From contig JAZSHJ010000055.1 in NCBI GenBank assembly GCA_045533175.1, positions 1 to 46,326 on the forward strand: DNA of 46,326 nt, written 5' to 3'. The notes under the pieces were generated by a model. The model did not search any database, was not told the DNA's origin, and saw only the letters and a program-made list of their open reading frames with translations. A program made the translations under genes and the position numbers. Origin of the DNA: Acutalibacteraceae bacterium. Its GTDB lineage: Bacteria > Bacillota > Clostridia > Oscillospirales > Acutalibacteraceae. Of the stretch, positions 36,270 through 43,833 are shown in pieces. Each line of letters opens with the position of its first letter. Positions within the stretch are counted from its first letter, which is position 1.

Positions 36270-36819
36270 GAGGGGAGGGAGAAACGTATTGTTTATAAAA
36301 AACACGGGTTTCTTCGTTGAAATGTGAGGTTTTCCGTGCTTAAATACACCAAGGCGTCGGGTGCCGCCTATTGTGCCTATATATTATATCCGATGTTTGA
36401 CAAGTGTTGAATTTGTCGATGCGTGGTTGCTTGTTTGATACTGTTACGCAATTATTTTGTTTTTTAATTTTGCACGGTTACTATACTTTTAATAATGTAT
36501 TTTATACCAAAATTCTTTTGTTTTTTGTTTTTGCGTTTAACAGCGTTTTTTGGATTGATGAACGCATCGTTTGACGATCTGCTGTTAAACAGAGATTTGC
36601 ACGGGTTTGGCTTGTACGCGTTGAATCTATCTATATGAGGTTTAGCAATTCATCGACTGAATTAACGGCGTTTTGTTCGTGTTTCTTGTGTTCTTCCGAT
36701 TTATGGCATCTGTCGCGTGCCGTATACCCGTGACAAACAAGCATGTCTTAAGTTGATATTATATCAAAACAGTATAATATCACCAAAGTGTGAAACTGTT
36801 TCACGAAGGAGCGTAAAAT

Positions 36820-37812
36820 ATGAAAGCGGAATATTTAGAGCAATGCCCCGACGTGCTACGATCGTATCTGGGATACATGGAAACGATCAAAGGACGTTCG
36901 GCGCAGACAATGAACGAGTATTTTATTGATCTTCGTACTTTCTTTCGCTTTTTGAAGCAAAAGCGGGGCCTTCTCCCCTCTCGGGATATGGATTTTGAAG
37001 AAATTTCCATTCTGGACGTGGACCTTCCTCTGTTACGTACCGTCACGCTGAACGATGCGTACGAATTTATGAATTTTATTAAGGATGAGCGTGAAAACGG
37101 TGCCAAGACACGTGCGCGCAAAACGACGGCGTTACGCATGTTTTTTCGCTATTTGACCGATTTGCAGCACCTGTTGGAGGTAAACCCTCTTCAGAACTTA
37201 GAAACGCCAAAAACGGCCAAATCATTACCCAAATTCCTGTCGTTGGAACAGAGCGAAACGTTGCTTGAAAGTGTAGACGGCACGTTTGCCGAACGGGATT
37301 ATTGTATGTTGACTTTGCTTTTGAATTGCGGGTTGCGCCGTGCCGAGTTGGCAGGATTGAATCTCTCGGATATCGGTCAAGATCATATGCTGCGTGTGCG
37401 CGGAAAAGGCAACAAAGAACGCATGCTGTATTTGAATGATGCGTGTTGGGCGGCGTTGGAGGCGTATTTGAAAGTGCGTCCGACCGACGGTGTGGATGTC
37501 AAAAATAAAAATGCGCTGTTCCTCAGTCGGATGAAACAGCGCATTAGTTTGCAGGGTGTTCATTTTGTAGTGAAAGGATATCTTGCCAAAGTGCCGGGAG
37601 CCGAGGGATTGTCTACCCATAAATTGCGACACACAGCCGCCACGTTGATGTATCAGCACGGTCATGTAGATATTCGTGTGTTGCAGGAAGTGCTGGGACA
37701 TGAAAATTTGGGAACTACCGAAATTTACACGCATCTGTCGGGGGATCAGATCAAGCAAGCGGCAGATGCCAATCCGCTGGCGGAAAAAACCCGTAAGAAC
37801 AAGGATCATTGA
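36820..37812 (+). CDS. Tyrosine recombinase, XerC/XerD family
   Basis: N-terminal SAM-like core-binding domain (IKGRSAQTMNEYFIDLRTFFRFL). The catalytic residues are present in LRRAEL, HKLRHTAAT and LGHENLGTTEIYTH. Confidence 0.88.
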   Translation: MKAEYLEQCPDVLRSYLGYMETIKGRSAQTMNEYFIDLRTFFRFLKQKRGLLPSRDMDFEEISILDVDLPLLRTVTLNDAYEFMNFIKDERENGAKTRARKTTALRMFFRYLTDLQHLLEVNPLQNLETPKTAKSLPKFLSLEQSETLLESVDGTFAERDYCMLTLLLNCGLRRAELAGLNLSDIGQDHMLRVRGKGNKERMLYLNDACWAALEAYLKVRPTDGVDVKNKNALFLSRMKQRISLQGVHFVVKGYLAKVPGAEGLSTHKLRHTAATLMYQHGHVDIRVLQEVLGHENLGTTEIYTHLSGDQIKQAADANPLAEKTRKNKDH

Positions 37813-38540
37813 ATGTACTGAGCATAAGCATATCCGATTAACCCGTTATAATTCACAACATACCAATCCGTCCATTGTCCGAGAACGGTGATGGGTGTTC
37901 CGTTAGCGGCTGTGCCAATGATGGTAGCTGTAGTATTGGGCTTCAGCCGTATATTCAAAACGCCGCCGTTGGTTGTTACCGTTTCTTCCTGCGGTGTTTG
38001 TGCCTCTGCGAATGGTATACCGAAATACTGTGTCAACGACTGCACCAGATTGCGCGCAATGGGTACAATGTTGTTTACGATCCACTCGGCATCTTGACGG
38101 TTGTCGTGATACGCAATTTCAATCAATACGGCAGGTGCGTTGGTGCGTATTAATTCGGCAAGTGTTGTGTTTGGTACAGCTTTTACAAGGGACGGATCGG
38201 GGTAGATTTGTTTAAAGTTGGCGGCAATAATTTCAGCCGCATCCCGACCGCGCACGCTGGCGGCATTATAATACACATCCGTTCCTTGCAGTTGTCCGGA
38301 CAGCGCCGGCGGTGCAGCGTTGGAGTGTAACGCCAGATGCAGGTCGTATATGCCGCTGTTTGAAAGGTTAATGGCCTGTGAAAGAGATTCGTTGGGATTG
38401 TTGCGAGTGAAACGGATACCGTTGGATACCAAATACGGTTCCATCGCATCTGCGATCTCATTCATATATTGTTCTTCCGTGCCACCAATAACATAGGGAT
38501 TAAACTCTTGCGTCGACGGACTTAAAAACAAATTGGGCAT
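37806..38540 (-). CDS. N-acetylmuramoyl-L-alanine amidase (Amidase_3-like) with a C-terminal SH3 domain
   Basis: LHLALHSNA, APAVLIEIAYHDN, and a C-terminal GGVLNIRLKPNTTATIIG...WYVVNYNGLIGYAYAQYI. The ATG at 38540 lies 9 nt after AAAGGA. Its 3' end overlaps the recombinase stop by 7 nt. Confidence 0.8.
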   Translation of the reverse strand: MPNLFLSPSTQEFNPYVIGGTEEQYMNEIADAMEPYLVSNGIRFTRNNPNESLSQAINLSNSGIYDLHLALHSNAAPPALSGQLQGTDVYYNAASVRGRDAAEIIAANFKQIYPDPSLVKAVPNTTLAELIRTNAPAVLIEIAYHDNRQDAEWIVNNIVPIARNLVQSLTQYFGIPFAEAQTPQEETVTTNGGVLNIRLKPNTTATIIGTAANGTPITVLGQWTDWYVVNYNGLIGYAYAQYIQ

Positions 38541-38614
38541 GGTACATGTTCCTTTCTGCATGGAAATGGTTCGTTAATACGGTATGATTCCCCCCTCTGT
38601 GTTATGCAGCTTTT

Positions 38615-38655
38615 TAGGAAAAAGTAAGCGGCAGGCCTGTAATGGCCCGCCGCTT
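38615..38655 (-). terminator. Intrinsic terminator after the Asn/Gln-rich gene
   Basis: Read on the minus strand, aagcggc-g-ggcc-attaca-ggcc-t-gccgctt is followed by acTTTTTcc. Confidence 0.7.
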
Positions 38656-38660
38656 TACAG

Positions 38661-38873
38661 TTAGAAACGGTTGCTGCTGTTGTTTTTATTCTGGTTGCTG
38701 TTACGGTTGTTCTGGTTGTTCTGGTTATTCTGGTTGTTCTGATTGTTCTGATTCTGGTTGTTATTATTGCTGTTGTTGCTTTGGTTTTTCTGCTGATACG
38801 AAGAGTTGTTCTGTTTTTGCTCGTTCTGGTTGTTCTTTTTGTTTTGATTGTCGTTAATATTACGCTCGTTCAT
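38661..38873 (-). CDS. 70-aa extremely Asn/Gln-rich low-complexity protein
   Basis: The ATG at 38873 lies 8 nt after GGAGG, and a terminator follows the stop. The sequence is MNERNINDNQNKKNNQNEQKQNNSSYQQKNQSNNSNNNNQNQNNQNNQNNQNNQNNRNSNQNKNNSSNRF. Confidence 0.6.
   Translation of the reverse strand: MNERNINDNQNKKNNQNEQKQNNSSYQQKNQSNNSNNNNQNQNNQNNQNNQNNQNNRNSNQNKNNSSNRF
38705..38762 (-). repeat. 9-bp tandem codon repeat (AACAACCAG, encoding NNQ) inside the Asn/Gln-rich gene
   Basis: On the plus strand, ggttgttct occurs about 5 times with single-base variants, followed by a partial unit. Confidence 0.8.
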
Positions 38874-39603
38874 ATTCATTTCCTCCATCCGATATGATTT
38901 GGACACGACTTGTGCCCGTACTATTGTTTGTGTATTCGGAGAAAATATACACGTGACGAGAATGCTGCATTTGGGTTGCAATCCAAGAAGCAAACGATTT
39001 ATTTATAATCGAAAACGGGTTTGCGAGGGATATTTGTACGATATCTTCCAAACAACAAACAGAAAGGTTTTTAGCGGTGTTTAGAGCCTCTTTGGCGCTG
39101 TTACACATAGGAATAAGAAACCAAGCCGCCTTGTAACGCAAAAGGCAAATTTCCGCAAATAGAACACCGATAACAAGCAACGTCCATGCACCGATGTGAC
39201 ACAGCAAACCAAACGGTTGTGCGTTGTGCAGATATGTCGTGGAATAAAATCGTTCACTTAATACGGATAAAAAAGCGGACGGTACAAGAAAAACAGTATA
39301 TCGAACGACACGTTTTTTCCAGATGGATGCGCGCAGTACCACAGATTTGCCGTAGGTGGCAGGTGTAAATCCGTAATACCAAAATGAGTGGTTGCATTTG
39401 GATTGCGTAATGTTGTGCCAACACATCGTTGTACAACCCGCCTTGATTGGTGAACAAAGGTATAAATCAATAAAAAGAATGCCCAAACTTGCAAGTAACG
39501 TATACGGAAGAGAGGTGAACTCTATGATAAATCCTTCTGCTAAATACAATAGCAACGTAAGAGCTGCGAGAGTTACTTTTCCTGTGCGAACGGTGTTTTT
39601 CAC
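38860..39603 (-). CDS. Hypothetical integral membrane protein (about 4 TM helices and a soluble C-terminal region)
   Basis: GTG start 6 nt after GGGGAG. The hydrophobic segments are VTLAALTLLLYLAEGFII, LLASLGILFIDLYL, YTVFLVPSAFLSVL and FGLLCHIGAWTLLVIGVLFAEI. GC content is lower than in flanking genes, and I recognised no family. Confidence 0.55.
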   Translation of the reverse strand: MKNTVRTGKVTLAALTLLLYLAEGFIIEFTSLPYTLLASLGILFIDLYLCSPIKAGCTTMCWHNITQSKCNHSFWYYGFTPATYGKSVVLRASIWKKRVVRYTVFLVPSAFLSVLSERFYSTTYLHNAQPFGLLCHIGAWTLLVIGVLFAEICLLRYKAAWFLIPMCNSAKEALNTAKNLSVCCLEDIVQISLANPFSIINKSFASWIATQMQHSRHVYIFSEYTNNSTGTSRVQIISDGGNEYERA

Positions 39604-39663
39604 TCTTCTCTCCCCTTTCGTGTCAAGTGTTTCCGTTTTGGATGGAAATATCCGTAAAAGCGC

Positions 39664-39692
39664 TTGACATTTCGGAGTGATGAGAGTATTAT
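39664..39692 (+). promoter_or_regulatory. Sigma-A promoter of the mgtE leader
   Basis: TTGACA, a 17-nt spacer, then TATTAT. Confidence 0.55.
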
Positions 39693-39729
39693 ATCTAAAG
39701 GATTTTATTTAAAAGGGAGGAACGTCACT

Positions 39730-39813
39730 ATGGATACGGACAGTACGTGTATGTGCGCGATAAAGTGGTATATGATAGCGAACACGGACGGTATTGTCGG
39801 TGTTTTTGAATGA
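39730..39813 (+). CDS. Candidate 27-codon upstream ORF in the mgtE leader
   Basis: The ATG lies 9 nt after GGGAGG (39715-39720). The peptide is MDTDSTCMCAIKWYMIANTDGIVGVFE, ending in TGA. It is too short to be judged by codon statistics. Confidence 0.3.
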   Translation: MDTDSTCMCAIKWYMIANTDGIVGVFE

Positions 39814-39909
39814 TGTTTCCCAATCATATATAATTTTATTGCGCCATACGAGTCCGCACCCTTTTTGCTTCGTTTTCGGAGCACACTATGATTGAAAGGA
39901 TGGATTTGT

Positions 39910-41295
39910 ATGGCTGATTTGTTTTATACAGAAGAATCGGTTGAAGAAAGTGCTTCGTTGATCGGCAGTATGTTAGAAACGCGTCAGTTTGCACAATTAC
40001 GTGAGATGCTCGTTTGTATGACACCGCAAGATCTGTCGCAATTGGCGGAATTGCTTCCTGACAAACAAATGCCGTTGTTCTATCGCCTGTTACCGAAAGA
40101 ACTTGCTGCAGAAGTGTTTGTTGAAATGGACAGCGACGATCAAGAATCACTTATCAAAGCGTTCTCGGATTATGAGTTAAAAGAGATTCTGGACGAGTTG
40201 TATCTTGACGATACGGTGGATATTATCGAAGAGATGCCGGCAACGGTGGTAAAACGTATTTTGCGGCAAGCTGACCAGCAGACACGTGAATGGATCAACA
40301 CCATTTTGCATTATCCCAAAGACAGCGTCGGCAGTATTATGACCATCGAATATGTGGATCTAAAAGGGCATTTTACGGTAACGGATGCGATCACGCGTAT
40401 TCGCAAAGTCGGAGTCGATAAAGAAACGATCTATACCTGTTATGTTACCGATAACAACCGCAAATTGCTCGGTTATGTGACAGCCAAGGATATTTTACTG
40501 GCCAAAGAAACCGATTGTATCAGCGATATTATGGATACCAACATCCTGTATGTGTCCACCACAGACGACAAGGAAGAAGCGGCGCGTATGATCAACCGCT
40601 ACGACTTCTTGGCATTGCCTGTTGTGGATGGCGAGGGACGTTTGGTTGGCATTGTGACGGTGGACGATGCTATGGACGTTATGGAAGAAGAAGCCACCGA
40701 AGATATCGAAAAGATGGCGGCTATTATCCCCGGTGAACGTCCGTATATCAAATCCAGCGTATGGACGATCTGGCAACAACGAATGCCGTGGCTGTTGATG
40801 CTGATGATTTCTGCTACGTTCACAGGCGCCATCATCTCTTCCTTTGAAACCGCGTTACAAAGTATTCCTGTACTGATTGCGTTTATCCCTATGTTGATGG
40901 ATACAGGCGGAAACGCGGGTAGCCAAGCCTCGGTCACCATTATTCGTAGCTTAGCGTTGGGTGATGTCACACCCAAAGACGTTACGCAAATTCTGTGGAA
41001 GGAAATGCGTATTTCCGTTTTGTGCGGCACGGTGCTGGCGGCGGCCAATTTCTTCAAAATCTGGCTTATTGATAACCTCTTGTTGCATCACAACGTCAGT
41101 TTAACGGCGGCGGTGGTGGTGAACATTACATTGGTCGCTACGGTGTTTACCGCAAAACTGGTGGGCTCTTCCCTGCCGCTTTTGGCCAAAAAGTTGGGTT
41201 TTGACCCCGCGGTGATGGCCAGTCCTTTCATTACCACGGTAGTGGATGCAATCTCTCTTACGATTTATTTCCTTATTGCAACAACATTGCTGTAA
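39910..41295 (+). CDS. mgtE: Magnesium transporter MgtE
   Basis: N-domain, tandem CBS pair (FLALPVVDGEGRLVGIVTVDDAMDV), and a TM domain with PMLMDTGGNAGSQ. The ATG at 39910 lies 9 nt after AAAGGA. Confidence 0.92.
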   Translation: MADLFYTEESVEESASLIGSMLETRQFAQLREMLVCMTPQDLSQLAELLPDKQMPLFYRLLPKELAAEVFVEMDSDDQESLIKAFSDYELKEILDELYLDDTVDIIEEMPATVVKRILRQADQQTREWINTILHYPKDSVGSIMTIEYVDLKGHFTVTDAITRIRKVGVDKETIYTCYVTDNNRKLLGYVTAKDILLAKETDCISDIMDTNILYVSTTDDKEEAARMINRYDFLALPVVDGEGRLVGIVTVDDAMDVMEEEATEDIEKMAAIIPGERPYIKSSVWTIWQQRMPWLLMLMISATFTGAIISSFETALQSIPVLIAFIPMLMDTGGNAGSQASVTIIRSLALGDVTPKDVTQILWKEMRISVLCGTVLAAANFFKIWLIDNLLLHHNVSLTAAVVVNITLVATVFTAKLVGSSLPLLAKKLGFDPAVMASPFITTVVDAISLTIYFLIATTLL

Positions 41296-41340
41296 CAGTA
41301 AAAAAACAGCTGTCCGTTGGGACAGCTGTTTTTTTTACTG
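41296..41340. terminator. Bidirectional terminator between mgtE and ftsH
   Basis: cagtaaaaaaacagctgtcc-gttg-ggacagctgtttttttactg forms a 20-bp stem with A and T runs. Confidence 0.85.
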
Positions 41341-43254
41341 TTATTCTTCGGAGGTTGTGCCATCGGCGTTACCTTCCATAAGACGAAGGAAATCGGCGCC
41401 TTCGAGCTTTTCGTTTTCCATCAAATACTGTGCGATCTCGTGCAACTTATCCATGCTTTCGGTCAAAATACGGCGGGTTTCGGCATAGCCGTTTTCGATC
41501 AATGCGTTGATCTCATTGTCGATCTTAGCGGCAATTTCTTCGGAATAGTCCCGCGTGTGACCAAAGTCGCGACCAAGGAACACTTCATTGTTGGAAGAAC
41601 CGAACATCACGGGGCCGAGTTTTTCGCTCATACCGTATTTGGTGACCATGTTGCGCGCCATTTCGGTGGCACGTTCGATATCGTTGGAAGCGCCGGTGGA
41701 GATATCTTCCAACACCAGGGCTTCGGCCACGCGACCGCCCAACAACACGCAGATCTCTTCACGCATTTCACCGCGCAGTTTGTAAGAACGATCTTCCTGC
41801 GGCAGTTGCATGGTAAACCCGCCCGCCATACCGCGCGGAATGATGGAAATCTGATGAACAGGATCCTGTGTGGGGCAATGATACGCCACGATGGCGTGTC
41901 CTGCTTCGTGATACGCTGTTAACCGTTTTTCTTTATCGGTCATGCGGTGGCTCTTTTTCTCTGTACCCACAACTACCTTGATGGTGGCTTCTTCGATTTC
42001 GGTCATGGTGATGGAATGCAGATCACGGCGCGCAGCCAACAGGGCCGCCTCGTTCAAGAGATTTTCAAGATCCGCGCCTGTGAAGCCCGCTGTGGTTTTG
42101 GCAATGGTGGACAACTCCACGTCGGGTGCTAACGGCTTGCCGCGTGCGTGAACCTTTAAAATTTCCTCGCGTCCTTTTAGATCGGGGTAACCCACAACCA
42201 CCTGCCGATCAAAACGACCGGGACGCATCAACGCAGGATCCAAAATGTCGGGGCGGTTGGTGGCGGCAATCATAATTACGCCTTCGTTTGCGCCGAAACC
42301 GTCCATTTCCACCAGTAATTGGTTAAGCGTTTGTTCACGCTCGTCGTGACCGCCGCCTAAACCTGCGCCGCGCTGACGGCCAACAGCATCAATTTCATCG
42401 ATAAAGATGATGCAGGGAGAGTTCTTTTTAGCTTGATCAAACAGGTCACGTACACGGGAAGCGCCCACACCGACGTACATTTCCACAAAATCCGAACCGG
42501 AAATGGAGAAGAACGGAACACCCGCTTCGCCTGCCACCGCACGGGCCAGTAAGGTTTTACCGGTACCCGGAGGGCCCACCAACAGCACGCCTTTCGGCAC
42601 ACGCGCACCGAGTTCGGCAAATTTTGCGGGCGCTTTCAAGAAGGTGACGATCTCGCGCAGTTCTTCCTTCTCCTCATCGGCACCGGCTACATCTGCAAAC
42701 GTGGTCTTCCGCTTTTCATCGGCAGTCATCTTCACACGTGCTTTTCCGAAGCCCATCATTTTTCCGCCGTCCAGCGAATTCATGGAACGACGCATCATAA
42801 CGATCATGCCCACGATCATAACGCCGATCAATAAGGTGGGCAATAAACTGACGATCCAAGAAACCTCTTTTACGGGTTTGTAGTTATAGGTGACGTCGTT
42901 GTCGGGATTATCATCGGTGTTAAACTCATCCACGATGTCGCGCACGTCGTCCAAAAAGATGTTGACGTTCGGAACGGAGTAGGTCATTTCTCCGTTCTTT
43001 TCTTTTGCACCTTCCACCAGTTCCCAAGCGGATTCGCGCAAGGTGAAGGTCAATTTGGCGGAATTCAGATCCAATGTAAAAGATTCCACCTGGTTGCGTT
43101 GAAAATAGGAAAGGTATTCGGAATATACTGTGTCGTCTTTGGCTTTGTTGTTGCCGAAGAACATCCATACGATCATAACGACGAAAATTACGCCGATGAA
43201 CGGGAGCAATATATTGCGAAGTGTCTTTCCCGGATCGTTGCGATGGGGCTCCAT
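41341..43254 (-). CDS. ftsH: ATP-dependent zinc metalloprotease FtsH
   Basis: Two TM helices, AAA+ Walker A GPPGTGKT, the SRH region, and the zinc motif HEAGHA. Confidence 0.95.
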   Translation of the reverse strand: MEPHRNDPGKTLRNILLPFIGVIFVVMIVWMFFGNNKAKDDTVYSEYLSYFQRNQVESFTLDLNSAKLTFTLRESAWELVEGAKEKNGEMTYSVPNVNIFLDDVRDIVDEFNTDDNPDNDVTYNYKPVKEVSWIVSLLPTLLIGVMIVGMIVMMRRSMNSLDGGKMMGFGKARVKMTADEKRKTTFADVAGADEEKEELREIVTFLKAPAKFAELGARVPKGVLLVGPPGTGKTLLARAVAGEAGVPFFSISGSDFVEMYVGVGASRVRDLFDQAKKNSPCIIFIDEIDAVGRQRGAGLGGGHDEREQTLNQLLVEMDGFGANEGVIMIAATNRPDILDPALMRPGRFDRQVVVGYPDLKGREEILKVHARGKPLAPDVELSTIAKTTAGFTGADLENLLNEAALLAARRDLHSITMTEIEEATIKVVVGTEKKSHRMTDKEKRLTAYHEAGHAIVAYHCPTQDPVHQISIIPRGMAGGFTMQLPQEDRSYKLRGEMREEICVLLGGRVAEALVLEDISTGASNDIERATEMARNMVTKYGMSEKLGPVMFGSSNNEVFLGRDFGHTRDYSEEIAAKIDNEINALIENGYAETRRILTESMDKLHEIAQYLMENEKLEGADFLRLMEGNADGTTSEE

Positions 43255-43290
43255 TTTAAGTCATCTCTCCTTGCCGATTGTTTGTAATTG

Positions 43291-43833
43291 TTATTTGTCG
43301 CCGTATACTTCCGGCTTTAAAATGCCGACATACGGAAGATTGCGATACTGTTCGTCGTAATCCAAACCATACCCCACGATGAAGGCATCGGGAATGACAA
43401 AACAACGGTAATCCGCCACGATATCCGTTTTGCGACGGTCGGGTTTGTCCAGTAACGTGCAAATTTTAATGCTACGCGGATTGCGGGCGGCCAGCGCTTT
43501 CTTTAAGTATGACAGCGTTACACCTGAATCCAAAATATCTTCTACGATCAACAGATCTTTGTTTTCCAAAGGACAATCCAGATCTTTGATCACACGCACT
43601 TCTCCACTGGTTTTTGTGCCGCTTCCGTAACTGGATACGGAAAGAAAGTCAATGCTGCAGGGAATATCGATGGCGCGCATTAAGTCGGCCATAAATACGA
43701 GGGATCCCTTCAGCACGGAAACCAGGAAGAGGTTTTTACCATTGTAATCTTCGCTGATCTGTTTGCCGAGTTTTGAAACGGCTTCACTCAACATTTCCTC
43801 GGTATACAGGATTTCCGCAATATCTTTATGCAT
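43291..43833 (-). CDS. hpt: Hypoxanthine-guanine phosphoribosyltransferase
   Basis: PRPP motif LLIVEDILDSGVTL, a length of 180 aa, and the conserved tilS-hpt-ftsH order. Confidence 0.92.
   Translation of the reverse strand: MHKDIAEILYTEEMLSEAVSKLGKQISEDYNGKNLFLVSVLKGSLVFMADLMRAIDIPCSIDFLSVSSYGSGTKTSGEVRVIKDLDCPLENKDLLIVEDILDSGVTLSYLKKALAARNPRSIKICTLLDKPDRRKTDIVADYRCFVIPDAFIVGYGLDYDEQYRNLPYVGILKPEVYGDK

Noticed and set aside
36289-36327. A 12-codon micro-ORF (TTG start, MFIKNTGFFVEM) 9 nt after GGAGGG, downstream of the promoter at 36200
   Set aside because: It is very short and has a non-ATG start, and conservation cannot be assessed here. It may be coincidental in AT-rich DNA.
36370-36400. 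A dif-like Xer site (ATATATTATAT core resembling the centre of Bacillus dif) near the recombinase
   Set aside because: Only the AT-rich centre matches. The flanking XerC and XerD arms (for example TTATGTTAAAT or TGTAAACT) are not present, and such AT strings recur by chance at 36757 and 39686.
36534-36590. The 10-bp inverted repeat gtttaacagc / gctgttaaac as the boundaries of an invertible promoter
   Set aside because: The enclosed segment is only about 37 bp and has no convincing -35/-10 pair. It is kept as part of the description of the ORF-free region but is not called an inverton.
38642-38857. A 71-aa Cys/Gly/Ser-rich plus-strand ORF that could pass for a RiPP or metallothionein-like peptide
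   Set aside because: It has no ribosome-binding site, its ATG is buried in the terminator hairpin of the opposite-strand gene, and there are no modification enzymes nearby. The opposite strand has a GGAGG ribosome-binding site and a terminator. The ambiguity is recorded in the findings.
36820-39603. A prophage or IS interpretation of the recombinase-amidase region
   Set aside because: I saw no capsid, tail, terminase, holin, repressor or transposase genes, no tRNA attachment site, and no flanking direct repeats. An endolysin-like amidase and an integrase-family gene alone are not sufficient.
39693-39909. An M-box (ykoK) Mg2+ riboswitch upstream of mgtE
   Set aside because: It was expected from the genomic context. 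However, the conserved M-box segments I remember (GUUAGGUGAGG, GACGCUAAUGGGUC, CAGUGCUAAAGCUCUACG) are absent and only GCCAUAC matches. A covariance-model scan is needed for a definitive answer.
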